From Alphaproteobacteria bacterium (GTDB lineage Bacteria > Pseudomonadota > Alphaproteobacteria > SP197): a stretch of DNA of 64,000 nt. Location of the stretch: positions 864,001-928,000 of the forward strand of contig OZ219917.1 in assembly GCA_964291415.2 (NCBI GenBank). Direction: 5' to 3'. The translations under genes and the position numbers were made by a program. This document shows positions 10,101 to 18,848 of the stretch, piece by piece. How positions within the stretch are numbered: the stretch's first letter is position 1; the number at the start of each line of letters is the position of its first letter. A model generated the notes under the pieces. It was not told the DNA's origin, made no database searches, and saw nothing but the letters and a program-made list of their open reading frames with translations.

Positions 10101-10865
10101 GTTGGAGCCCCACATCATGAGGAAGGTCGAGTTGTACCAGTCGGCGCTCTCGGGCACGTCGGTCTGCTCGCCCCAGGTCTGCGGGCTCGACGGCGGCAGG
10201 TCGCAGTACCAGTCGTAGAAGCTCATGCAGACGCCGCCGATCAGCGAGAGGTAACGCGACCCGGCGGCATAGGAGACCATCGACATCGCCGGGATGGGCG
10301 AAAAGCCGATCACCCGGTCAGGCCCGTGGGCCCTGATGGTATGGATGTTGGCGGCGGCGATGATCTCGTTGACCTCGTCCCAGGTGGAGCGGACAAATCC
10401 GCCGTGGCCGCGGACCTGCTGGTAGTCCCGGCGCTTTCCTGCATCGCCCGTGATCGAGGCCCATGCGGCCACCGGCTCCATGGTCTTGCGCGCCTCGCGC
10501 CAGTGACGCACCAGCCGGCTGCGCACCAGCGGGTACTTGAGTCGGTTGGCGCTGTAGATGTACCAGGAGTAGCTGGCGCCGCGCGAGCAGCCGCGCGGCT
10601 CGTGGTTGGGCAGATCGGGCCGGGTGCGGGGATAGTCGGTCTGCTGAGTTTCCCAGGTGATGATCCCGCCCTTGACGTAGATCTTCCAGCTGCACGATCC
10701 GGTGCAGTTTACGCCATGGGTCGAGCGCACGATCTTGTCATGGCTCCAGCGCGCTCGGTAGGCATCCTCCCAGGTGCGGTCCTCGCTTGTGACCACCCCG
10801 TGTCCGTCCGAGAAGGTGTCGACCGTCTTCGTGAAGAAGGTCAGTCGGTCCAGGAAGTGACTCAT
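7122..10865 (-). CDS. narG: Respiratory nitrate reductase alpha subunit
   Basis: MSHFLDRL, HGVNCTGSCSW, FYDWYCDLP; 1247 aa; no Tat signal. Confidence 0.99.
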   Translation of the reverse strand: MSHFLDRLTFFTKTVDTFSDGHGVVTSEDRTWEDAYRARWSHDKIVRSTHGVNCTGSCSWKIYVKGGIITWETQQTDYPRTRPDLPNHEPRGCSRGASYSWYIYSANRLKYPLVRSRLVRHWREARKTMEPVAAWASITGDAGKRRDYQQVRGHGGFVRSTWDEVNEIIAAANIHTIRAHGPDRVIGFSPIPAMSMVSYAAGSRYLSLIGGVCMSFYDWYCDLPPSSPQTWGEQTDVPESADWYNSTFLMMWGSNVPQTRTPDAHFMTEVRYKGATTVTVTPDYSEASKFADIWLNPKQGTDAALALAMGHVILKEWHLATKSPYFEDYCRRFTDMPMLVTLRKTDEGWVPDRLLRAADIEGALGEANNPEWKTVAMDAGADDSLVCPVGSVGFRWGESGKWNIEEREGARGEATRLRLSLLESRDDVLAVGFSYFGNTLHDHFTGTDHDDVLWRHVPVKTVATREGEMPVATVFDLLVANYGIDRGLGGDNVARTFDDDVPYTPAWQERITGVERGKVIAVARAFADNAHKTEGRSMIIVGAALNHWYHMDMIYRGIINLLVMCGCVGKSGGGWSHYVGQEKLRPQTGWLPLAFALDWNRPPRHMNSTSFWYAHTDQWRYEKLVASELVSPLAPDGEWTSLSLIDFNVRSERMGWLPSAPQFETNPLEVTRAAGEDDPVEATVAGLASGELRLSAEDPDNPKNWPRNLFVWRSNLLGSSGKGHEYFLKHLLGTTHGVQGKDLGETDGCKPVEVEWHESAPEGKLDLLVTLDFRMSTTCLYSDIVLPTATWYEKNDLNTSDMHPFIHPLSAAVDPVWETRSDWEIFKGIARTFSDLAEGTLGVEHDLVLVPTLHDTPAELAQATEVRDWKKGECDPRPGKTMPNMVVVERDYPNTYRKFTALGPLLTKAGNGGKGITWNTDDEVAFLKRLNGEVRAEGITQGLPRIESDIDASEVVLALAPETNGKVAVKAWAALGKATGRDHEHLAAPREEDSLRFRDLQAQPRKIISSPTWSGVESEHVTYTAGYTNVHELIPWRTLTGRQQLYQDHLWMRAFGEQLCVYKPPIDTKTIRPLIDDRDNGHPQVVLNFITPHQKWGIHSTYTDNLLMLTLSRGGPIIWISEGDAARIGASDNDWIEAYNTNGALVARAVVSQRVPDGMTLMYHAQEKIVNMPGSEITGTRGGIHNSVTRATVKPTHMIGGYAQQSYGFNYYGTVGSNRDEFVIVRRMREVDWMDEPLPATAMEAAS

Positions 10866-10881
10866 CGGGTCCGCCTCCTCT

Positions 10882-12489
10882 TCAAGGGTTCTTCACGTAG
10901 GCGTTTGGTCGCAGATAGAACCACCAGTTGATCATGATGCACAAAGCATAGAAGGCGGCAAAGCCGTAAAGGGCGTTTTCCGGGGTGGTCGCCTTGATCT
11001 GTTCCCCGAACACCTTCGGAATGATGAAGGCGCCATAGGCGGCGACAGCCGAGGTCCAGCCGAGGACCGGGCCGGCCTGCACCTTGTCGAAGACGATGGC
11101 GATGGTCCGGAATGTGGATCCGTTGCCGATGCCGGTGGCCGCGAAGAGGACGAGAAAGAGGGCAAGGAAGGGCAGAAAGTAGTCTTCCGGCGTCGGCGAG
11201 GCGTAGGCCAGGGACAGGATGTAGGCGACGCCGAGCGCGCAGCCGACCATGACGACGGAGATAATCTGCGTGACCAGCGCACCGCCGAGCCGGTCCGAGA
11301 TCATGCCGCCGAGGGGACGGATGAGAGCGCCGATGAAGGGGCCGGTCCACGCGTACATGAGGGCGCTCGGCCCGTTGGGATTGACGGTCGTGTGGGTGAG
11401 CACCCCGTCAACCTCGATGTGCTGGAAGCCGAAGACGACCTTGATAGCGAGGCCGAACGTGGCCGCATAGCCGATGAAGGAACCGAAGGTCATGGTGTAG
11501 ATGACCGTCATCGCCCACGTGTGGCGGTTCCGGAAGATGGCGTACTGCTGATCGAGGCTTCGGTGAATGGTGCCGGGGATCAAGCGCAGGGCGAAGACCG
11601 TCGCCGCGATGACGAGGGGAAGGACCAGCCACTTGCTGAGCTCCAGCCCCGAACCGCCGGCATCGGCCGGCAGCAGCAGCCACAGTCCGGCAGCGGCCGT
11701 CACGAGGCCGATTCCCAGCATGCCGAGGATCTTGCCGAATGCGCCAGCGGTCGATGTGAGACCGGGAGAGACATGGTCGGCGGTGATGTTGTTCATGCCG
11801 AACCAGGCGGCGATGACCAGGGGCACCAGGATGGCGACCCAGATGTAGCCCGCATTGTGGATATAGGTCTCCGTGCCGGCCGGGATCTTGCCGATGAGGG
11901 TGCCCGAACTGTTGGCAAGGATGAGGGCCGAGCCGCCGAACACGCCGACGGTCATCACCAGGGGTACCAGGATCTGCATCGTGGTGACGCCGAAATTGCC
12001 GAGGCCGGCGTTCATGCCCAGCGAGTAGCCCTGCACCCTCTTCGGATAGAAGAAGGAGATGTTCGACATCGACGAGGCGAAGTTGCCGCCACCGAATCCC
12101 GACAGCAGGGCCATGATCTGGAACTGCCACAGAGGTGTCGACGGATCCTGCAGGAGGAACCCGGTGCCGGCGGCCGGGATGATGAGCAGCGCCGTGGTGA
12201 GGAAGATCGTGTTGCGTCCGCCGGCGATGCGGATGAAGAAGGAGGACGGGATGCGCAGGGTGGCGCCGCTCAGACCGGCGATGGCGGCGAGGGTGAAGAG
12301 TTCAGCCTGGGAGAACGGGAACTTCAGGTTGATCATCTGGACGGTGATGATCCCCCAGTAGAGCCACACCGCGAACCCGCACAGCAGGCAGGGGATCGAG
12401 ATCCACAGGTTGCGCGTTGCCACGCGCCTGCCCTCGCTCTCCCAGAAGCGTTCGTCTTCCGGGTTCCAGTTCGTCAGGTTCCTGGCCAT
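10882..12489 (-). CDS. narK2: Nitrate/nitrite antiporter, NarK2 type
   Basis: WNPED..FWE, GFGGGNFASSMSNISFFYPK, TGIGNGSTF nitrate signatures. Start at ATG 12489. Confidence 0.9.
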   Translation of the reverse strand: MARNLTNWNPEDERFWESEGRRVATRNLWISIPCLLCGFAVWLYWGIITVQMINLKFPFSQAELFTLAAIAGLSGATLRIPSSFFIRIAGGRNTIFLTTALLIIPAAGTGFLLQDPSTPLWQFQIMALLSGFGGGNFASSMSNISFFYPKRVQGYSLGMNAGLGNFGVTTMQILVPLVMTVGVFGGSALILANSSGTLIGKIPAGTETYIHNAGYIWVAILVPLVIAAWFGMNNITADHVSPGLTSTAGAFGKILGMLGIGLVTAAAGLWLLLPADAGGSGLELSKWLVLPLVIAATVFALRLIPGTIHRSLDQQYAIFRNRHTWAMTVIYTMTFGSFIGYAATFGLAIKVVFGFQHIEVDGVLTHTTVNPNGPSALMYAWTGPFIGALIRPLGGMISDRLGGALVTQIISVVMVGCALGVAYILSLAYASPTPEDYFLPFLALFLVLFAATGIGNGSTFRTIAIVFDKVQAGPVLGWTSAVAAYGAFIIPKVFGEQIKATTPENALYGFAAFYALCIMINWWFYLRPNAYVKNP

Positions 12490-12502
12490 GGAGAGGGCAT
12501 CC

Positions 12503-13828
12503 TCAGCGCGGTGTGTGACTCTGGTGGCCGGAGTCCGGCACATCGGAGAGATATCGTTCGTCGGCAAGTCCCGGATGACGACGGCGTTCCATCAGCCGGA
12601 TGGCCACATGCATCCACACCGTGCTCACCATCACGATGGCAAAGAGCAGCATGAACGAACTTGTCCAGACATTGAACAAGTCGTTGAGAATGCCGAAAGT
12701 GATCGGCAGGACAAAGCCTCCCAGACCGCCGATCATGCCGACAAGTCCGCCGACCGATCCCACGTGATTCGGATAGTAGACCGGGATGTGCTTGTAGACG
12801 GCGGCCTTGCCCAGCGACATGACAAACCCGAGCAGGATGCTCAGGATGACGAAGAAGGTGAGGCTGACGCCAAAGGTGAATTCGATCGGACCGTCGATGC
12901 CCTGAACGATGTAGTGGGTCTGCGGATAGCTCATCACGAAGAGGCAGGCCAGCGAGACGATGAACGTCAGGTACATGACTGCCCGGGCCCCCCACTTGTC
13001 CGACATCCAGCCTCCGAGCGCCCGGAACACGGATCCTGGCATCGAGTAGGCGGCGGCCAGCATGCCGGCCGTTGCCAGCGGCAAATCGTAGGCTCCGACG
13101 TAGAATCGCGGCAGGTAGGAGGCAAGGGCGACAAATCCGCCGAAGACGAAGAAATAGTATGTGGCGAAGCGCCAGACCTGCAGGTTCTTGAGCGGCGCCA
13201 GTTGTTCTGCGGTGGAGACCGGTTTGAGGCCCTTCTTCTTGCGCGCCACCAGTCCCGGATCCGGGCGTGCCAGCACATAGTACAGAAGGGCGGTGACGGC
13301 CAGCACCACGGCATAGATCTGCGCCGTCTGTTCCCAGCCGAAGGCCAGCACCAGGAAAGGCGCACCGAAATTGGTGACGGCGGCCCCGACATTGCCGACC
13401 CCGAAAATCCCCAGAGCCGTTCCCTGGTGCTGCCTCTCGAACCATTGCGATGTATAGGCAACGCCGACGATGAAGGAGCCGCCGGCGAGACCCAGGCCGA
13501 GTGCGGCGATGAGGAAGACCTCGTAGGTCCTGACTTCTGACAGGAGCCAGCAGGCCAGCGCGGTGGCCAGCATCTGCAGGGTGAAGACCAGCCGGCCGCC
13601 GTACTGTTCGGTCCACACGCCGAGGAAGATGCGGCTGACCGATCCGGTCAGGACGGGCGTTGCGACCAGGATGCCGAACTCCGTCTCCGAGAGACCGAGG
13701 TCCTGCTTGATCTTGACTCCGATGATGGAAAAGATCGTCCAGACGGCAAAGCAGACGGTAAAGGCGAATGTGCTCAAGCCCAGGGCTTTCAGCTGATCGC
13801 CTCTCGTGACATCCTTGAGATCTGACAT
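12503..13828 (-). CDS. narK1: Nitrate/proton symporter, NarK1 type
   Basis: AFTVCFAVWTIFSIIG, GLAGGSFIVG, MSLGKAAVYKHIPVYYP. Start at ATG 13828. Confidence 0.9.
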   Translation of the reverse strand: MSDLKDVTRGDQLKALGLSTFAFTVCFAVWTIFSIIGVKIKQDLGLSETEFGILVATPVLTGSVSRIFLGVWTEQYGGRLVFTLQMLATALACWLLSEVRTYEVFLIAALGLGLAGGSFIVGVAYTSQWFERQHQGTALGIFGVGNVGAAVTNFGAPFLVLAFGWEQTAQIYAVVLAVTALLYYVLARPDPGLVARKKKGLKPVSTAEQLAPLKNLQVWRFATYYFFVFGGFVALASYLPRFYVGAYDLPLATAGMLAAAYSMPGSVFRALGGWMSDKWGARAVMYLTFIVSLACLFVMSYPQTHYIVQGIDGPIEFTFGVSLTFFVILSILLGFVMSLGKAAVYKHIPVYYPNHVGSVGGLVGMIGGLGGFVLPITFGILNDLFNVWTSSFMLLFAIVMVSTVWMHVAIRLMERRRHPGLADERYLSDVPDSGHQSHTPR

Positions 13829-13853
13829 GGACCAACAGTCCCGCGATGCCCGG

Positions 13854-13887
13854 CGCTTCAATAGTCGAAGCGAGGACCGGGTGTCAA
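13854..13887 (-). promoter_or_regulatory. Putative sigma70 promoter for narK1 with a palindrome over the -10 element
   Basis: Minus strand TTGACA (13887-13882), 18 bp spacer, TATTGA (13863-13858). Inverted repeat CGCTTC-N7-GAAGCG at 13854-13872. Confidence 0.4.
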
Positions 13888-13920
13888 AGCACTGGTGGTC
13901 GTCGCTGTGGAGGACAGGGC

Positions 13921-14772
13921 ATGGCCGACATCATTGATCAACACGAGGCTGCGCGGCGGCTCGGCATGACGGTCGAGGAGGTTGCCTACCGTCTTGATTA
14001 CGGGCAGATGATGGGCGTCGAGGTTGACGGCAGCTGGCGGATCGACACGCGGGATCTCGAGTCGTTCAGACGGGGTCAGGAACTTGGCCGGGCCATCGCG
14101 GCGGCCGGAAAGGCGCCGGTGGACAGCAAGTCGCCCGGGGAGTTTCAGGAGATTTCACCGGATGCATCTCCCGGCTGGCGGCGCAATCCAGAATACGAGA
14201 TCGATCTTGCCATCGTGCCCGCCAGGGTCGAGGCCCGTTATGCGGGCGCCACCGTTGCGGCCAGCGACCGCACCCTCACGGTCCTGGAACTCGGGCACGG
14301 GGCTGTCTACTACATGCCGAAGGACGACGTGGACTGGTCGTTTTTCACGGCCAACGCGCACTCCACCTACTGTCAGTACAAGGGATTTGCGCGCTACTGG
14401 ACGCTCCAGGTCGACTCCAGGGTCGAGGAGAACGTGATCTGGGCCTACGACGAGCCGCACAGGGAGGTCGACGGCCTCAAGGATCACGTGGGCTTCTACT
14501 GGCACCGCATGGATGCCTGGCTCGAGGACGGCACCCAGGTCAAACATCCGCGCGACATCGCCGGGCGCTGCGATGCGCGGCACAGCTTCCGGGCTCTCTA
14601 TCCCGAGCTCGCCCGCCAGTGGCACCCCGAGAAGAATCCCAACATCAACCCCTACGAGTGCGCCCCGTGGTTCCGCGCAAGTGTCTGGTGGCAGGACGAC
14701 ACGGGCCACGAATGGCGCCAGCCGATCCGCGACCGCGTGCTCGGCCACCCGCCCCTTCGCGACTCCCTGTAG
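13921..14772 (+). CDS. Fusion protein: excisionase-like HTH + DUF427 + degenerate DUF4379-like domain
   Basis: N-term EAARRLGMTVEEV....GVEVDGSWRI; middle YYMPKDDV..STYCQYKG.ARYW..ENVIWAYDEP; C-term YPELARQWHPEKN....VWW...GHEW. GGAGG RBS before ATG 13921. Confidence 0.75.
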   Translation: MADIIDQHEAARRLGMTVEEVAYRLDYGQMMGVEVDGSWRIDTRDLESFRRGQELGRAIAAAGKAPVDSKSPGEFQEISPDASPGWRRNPEYEIDLAIVPARVEARYAGATVAASDRTLTVLELGHGAVYYMPKDDVDWSFFTANAHSTYCQYKGFARYWTLQVDSRVEENVIWAYDEPHREVDGLKDHVGFYWHRMDAWLEDGTQVKHPRDIAGRCDARHSFRALYPELARQWHPEKNPNINPYECAPWFRASVWWQDDTGHEWRQPIRDRVLGHPPLRDSL

Positions 14773-15130
14773 CAATCCATTACGCCTCCCGCGACGAGCC
14801 GGCGTCATGCAGGACTACGCGTCATCAGGTGGGTTTTCGCAAGGATGTCCGTCCGTGACGCCGGAACGATCCCGGCGCGACAGGAGTGACGAGGCCTTGC
14901 AGATGCCGACAGCAGATCAGGGGTGCGGGCCGAAGAGTCCCCGAATTTGACCCTGAGGTTCTGAACTGGCTATTCGGGGATCCTGAATCCTGCGCGGATT
15001 ACCACAGGACACGACCGCCGGCCTGCGTCTCATCCTGTCGATTCTCCTCATGGCCCGTGGAGGGTCACCCGGATCAGACCAGAGTCCGGACCATTGCTTG
15101 TTCCGCAACCGCCGAGCGGGAGTTGCCACC

Positions 15131-15424
15131 ATGAATGTCCCAGTTACCAATGCAAAGGATCAACTGAGCGCACTCGTGCGACGCGCCGAATCGGGTGACG
15201 AGGTGGTCCTCACGCGCCACGGCAAACCCGCTGCGAGAATCGTTTCGGTCGCGGACCCGCCGGACGAGAGTGCCCGATGTGCCCTCATCACCTCGATCCA
15301 GGCGACAGCAAGGCGTACGGTGACGCCCGGACCGACGGCTGCACGCAGCCAGGACTTTCTGTACGACGAGCGTGTTGTGAGCCTCGCCGGGGATATCGGG
15401 AACTCATCCCCTACACAGTCGTGA
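15131..15424 (+). CDS. Phd/YefM family antitoxin (no adjacent toxin)
   Basis: VTNAKDQLSALVRRAESGDEVVLTRHGKPAARIV...AARSQDFLYDE. Confidence 0.85.
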   Translation: MNVPVTNAKDQLSALVRRAESGDEVVLTRHGKPAARIVSVADPPDESARCALITSIQATARRTVTPGPTAARSQDFLYDERVVSLAGDIGNSSPTQS

Positions 15425-15505
15425 GGACGCCAGGTCAACCGGGGGATACCCGGAGGAGCCCGCTTGGCGGCACTCCGTGCGTATTAGGAACCTCCGCCGG
15501 GGCGG

Positions 15506-16582
15506 TCAGGAATCGAAGACGATGACGCTGCGGGCAACCTCGCCGGCCTTCATGTCGTCGAAGCCGTCGTTGATCTCGTCCAGGGTGATGCGGCGGCTGA
15601 TCATGTCGTCGAGCTTGAGCTTGCCGTCGAGGTAGAAGTCGACGTAGCGCGGCATGTCGACCCGAAAATGATTGGAACCCATGTTGGAGCCGCGCAACAC
15701 CTTGTCGTCGAGCAGGTCGGCACCGTGAATCTCGAGCATCTCGCCCTCCGGCACCATGCCGATGACGGTGGCCATGCCGGAGGCCCTCAGCATCCGGAAG
15801 GCCTGCTCGCTGGTCTGCTTGAGACCGAGTGCCTCGAAGGAGTACTCGACGCCGCCCCCCGTCATCTCCCGCACCGCCTCCACCGGGTCGTCCTCGGCGG
15901 CATTGACCACGTCCGTCGCTCCGAAGTGGCGCGCGAGGTTGAGCTTGGTTCCCCTGATGTCGACGGCGATGATGCGTCCGGCGCCGGCGATGGCCGCACC
16001 GTTGATGGCCGAGAGCCCGACCCCGCCACAGCCGATGACCGCCACCGTGCTTCCGACCTCGATCTTCGCGGTGTTGACCACGGCGCCGAACCCGGTGGTG
16101 ACGCCGCAGCCGATCAGCGCCGCGCGGTCGAAGGGCATGTCGTTGCGGATCTTCACGAGTGCGTGTTCGTGGACGAGCATCATCTCGGCGAAGGCAGAGA
16201 GGTTGTAGAACTGGCTGACGCCGTTGCCGAGACGCGGTTCCTCGTCGTCGTCGCGCGACACCTCGGGGTTCTGGCAGCTGAACGGACGGCCCGTCGTGCA
16301 GTACTCGCAGTGGCCGCAGAAGACGCTGAGACAGGAAATCACGTGATCGCCGGGTCTGAAATGGCGCACCTCGGACCCGACGGCCTCGACGACACCGGCG
16401 GCTTCGTGCCCGAGAACGGTCGGCAACGGCGCGGCATACTTGCCCTCGATGTAGTGGAGGTCGCTGTGGCATACGCCACACGCCGCCGTGCGGACCAGGA
16501 CCTCGCGGGACTTCGGCTTCGAGATTGGTACATCCTCGATGACAAGGGGGGTATTGACCTCACGCAGCACCGCTGCCTTCAT
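15506..16582 (-). CDS. Zn-dependent alcohol dehydrogenase (class III-like MDR)
   Basis: CHSDLH, GHEAAG, CGHCEYC..C structural Zn site, GCGGVG. Start MKAAV at 16582. Confidence 0.92.
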   Translation of the reverse strand: MKAAVLREVNTPLVIEDVPISKPKSREVLVRTAACGVCHSDLHYIEGKYAAPLPTVLGHEAAGVVEAVGSEVRHFRPGDHVISCLSVFCGHCEYCTTGRPFSCQNPEVSRDDDEEPRLGNGVSQFYNLSAFAEMMLVHEHALVKIRNDMPFDRAALIGCGVTTGFGAVVNTAKIEVGSTVAVIGCGGVGLSAINGAAIAGAGRIIAVDIRGTKLNLARHFGATDVVNAAEDDPVEAVREMTGGGVEYSFEALGLKQTSEQAFRMLRASGMATVIGMVPEGEMLEIHGADLLDDKVLRGSNMGSNHFRVDMPRYVDFYLDGKLKLDDMISRRITLDEINDGFDDMKAGEVARSVIVFDS

Positions 16583-16668
16583 GGTATTCTCCTCGCGGGA
16601 TCCGACAGATTTTCGTGCTTCCGATCGGGTCTGTCGAGTCACGCCGCCGAAAGGAAAGGTTGCGCAGG

Positions 16669-17544
16669 ATGCCACATGCCGACGTGGTGCCCGTTCCCCG
16701 GAAAGCGATCGACGATTTTCGCCGTGACGGCGCCGTGATGCTGAAAGGGGTTCTCGACGCTGGCTGGCGCCGGGAACTCGAGAAGGGAATCGCCGCCCTG
16801 AAGGACAACCCCGGCCGCCACAGGGTGGACTGGATCCGTGACGAGGCGACCGGCAATCATGTCCTCTTCGATGCGGCCCTTGTACCGGACAATCCCTTCT
16901 TCGCATCAGCCATGACCTCGTCGCCGCTTGGCCCGATCGCGGCGCGCATGATGGAGTCGCCCACGGCCCTCGCGTTCTACGTGTCGATGTTCCTGCGCTC
17001 GCCCGGCACGTCGACGCCCACGCCGTGGCACCAGGACCAGACGTACTGGTGCGCCGAAGGCCGCCAGGCGCTGAGCATCTGGACGTCCCTCGATCCGGTG
17101 CCGGCCGGCACCGAGCTGCAGTTCGTCCGCGGATCTCACCTGTGGGATCGTCCGCTCGCACAGCCGTTCTTCGAACACGAACAGCTTGGCGGCGTGCGCG
17201 ATGACGGCCCCGGTGACACCGTTGCCATCACCGACTTCGCAGCCAGCGACGTCCATGAGGTCATCGGCTGGCCCACGGAACCAGGCGACGTCGTGGTGTT
17301 TCACGGCATGACGGCCCACGGCGGATCGGGCAACCTGCCCGACGGGCTTGGAAGGCGGACACTGTCGTTCCAGTGGCTGGGCGAGGATATCCGGGTCACC
17401 ACCCGCCCCGGGGGCTGTTCGCCGGACTGGTTGCCGGAATTTGCCAGCTACGGCGTGGAACTGGGCGACTATCCATGGTGTGCCATGTGCCCCAGGGTTT
17501 CGGTCGACGGGGTGGTTGCGCTCCGGGAGGGAAAACTGTCATGA
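16669..17544 (+). CDS. Phytanoyl-CoA dioxygenase (PhyH) family Fe/2OG oxygenase
   Basis: TPWHQD, VRGSH, PGDVVVFHGMTAHGGSGN, RR. Confidence 0.88.
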   Translation: MPHADVVPVPRKAIDDFRRDGAVMLKGVLDAGWRRELEKGIAALKDNPGRHRVDWIRDEATGNHVLFDAALVPDNPFFASAMTSSPLGPIAARMMESPTALAFYVSMFLRSPGTSTPTPWHQDQTYWCAEGRQALSIWTSLDPVPAGTELQFVRGSHLWDRPLAQPFFEHEQLGGVRDDGPGDTVAITDFAASDVHEVIGWPTEPGDVVVFHGMTAHGGSGNLPDGLGRRTLSFQWLGEDIRVTTRPGGCSPDWLPEFASYGVELGDYPWCAMCPRVSVDGVVALREGKLS

Positions 17545-18791
17545 CCAGTATCGGATTGCGCCCCGGACACTTCGACGCCTCGGGTCTGGCGCCGGTCGAT
17601 CTGCCGTTCACCGGGGAGGAGTACTGTGCGCGCCTGAAGAAGCTCACCGACATGGCCGCCGAGGAGGGGATCGACCTGCTCTGGTTGACGTCGCCCGAGG
17701 GCGTTGCCTGGCTCCACGGATTCACCGCCTCGTGGTACAAGGGCCAGGCGCCGATGCGTTACCCGCAGTGCTATGGCACCGCCGTTCATGTCGCCAGCCG
17801 GCGATTCATCCATTTCGATAACCCGACCGAGGAACCGGTCCTCGCCCTGACCTCGCGGTCACGGGACAACCGCTGGCTTCCCGATCGCGAGGCGGGGCCC
17901 AATATCGCCTTCATTGTCGAGGAACTGAGACGTGAGGGGTGGCTTTCCGGCACCGTCGGAATGGAGTTCTGGAGCTATCTGCCGAACCGCGCCATCAGCA
18001 CCATGTTCGAGGGGGCCTTTCTCGCTGCCGGCGCCCGCCCGGTCGACATGAGCGCCATGGTGCGCCGGGCCCGGCGGGTCAAGTCCGCCGCGGAAATCGC
18101 CTGCATCGAGCGGGCCATGGAGATCTGCGACATCGGACACCAGGCAATCGTCGACAATCTCGAACCCGGCATCACCGAACTCGAACTCTTCGGCAGGGTG
18201 ACGGCCGCCATGATGGCGGCCGGTGGTGAGTTCTCGGCGCTCATCCCGGTCTTCAACGCCATGCCGCTTGCCGGGTCGAAGCCGATGTCGAGCGGTCATT
18301 CGATGGCGTCGCGCAGGGTGATCAACGCCGGGGAAGTCCTGGCCGCGGACCTCTGTGGTGTCTTCAACCGCTATCATGCGAATGCGTTGCGGGGATACTA
18401 CGTCGGCGACGATCCGCCACGCGATCTCGTGGAGCGCTACCGCCTCTCGGGCGGCGTCTTCGGGGTGATCGCCAGCGACGTCAAGGCGGGCATGACGGTG
18501 CGCGACGTCAATCGCCTGCTGCGCTCCTACTACGAGGAGACCGGCCTGTGGTCCGATGACGAGGGCTGGGCACTGGGCTATGAACTCGGCTGGTCGCTGC
18601 CGCCCGACTGGGTCGGAGACTTCTACTTTCACCTCGGCGATGACCGCTATCTCGACCGCGTGTTCGAGGAGAACATGGTGACCAACTTCGAGAGCCTCTT
18701 CGACACCCATCTCATCGACACCCTCGTCTACGGCAGGAACGGAACGAGGGTGCTCTCGACGACGCCGCTCGAGTTGATCGCCGTGGGATAG
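17541..18791 (+). CDS. M24 (creatinase / ectoine-hydrolase-like) pita-bread fold hydrolase
   Basis: PFTGEEYCARL, RRVKSAAEIA, PGITELEL; 4-bp overlap with PhyH. Confidence 0.75.
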   Translation: MTSIGLRPGHFDASGLAPVDLPFTGEEYCARLKKLTDMAAEEGIDLLWLTSPEGVAWLHGFTASWYKGQAPMRYPQCYGTAVHVASRRFIHFDNPTEEPVLALTSRSRDNRWLPDREAGPNIAFIVEELRREGWLSGTVGMEFWSYLPNRAISTMFEGAFLAAGARPVDMSAMVRRARRVKSAAEIACIERAMEICDIGHQAIVDNLEPGITELELFGRVTAAMMAAGGEFSALIPVFNAMPLAGSKPMSSGHSMASRRVINAGEVLAADLCGVFNRYHANALRGYYVGDDPPRDLVERYRLSGGVFGVIASDVKAGMTVRDVNRLLRSYYEETGLWSDDEGWALGYELGWSLPPDWVGDFYFHLGDDRYLDRVFEENMVTNFESLFDTHLIDTLVYGRNGTRVLSTTPLELIAVG

Positions 18792-18848
18792 GGCGGCCGG
18801 GAGCCGCTCCGCTGTCCCGGAACACCATCGCTCGGACAGGAGGAATCC

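Noticed and set aside
7122-10865. Nitrite oxidoreductase or periplasm-facing Nar
   Set aside because: No Tat signal, and the narK1K2GHJI context and sequence match ordinary cytoplasm-facing Nar.
8304-10931. Very long antisense ORFs (875 aa opposite narG; also 17859-20156, 39035-40861, 52206-53888, 58383-59879, 61432-63324)
   Set aside because: Shadow ORFs expected in high-GC coding DNA; no motifs, and they overlap well-supported genes.
13935-13942. TTGATCAA as an FNR site
   Set aside because: The half-sites overlap with no N4 spacer and lie inside a coding region.
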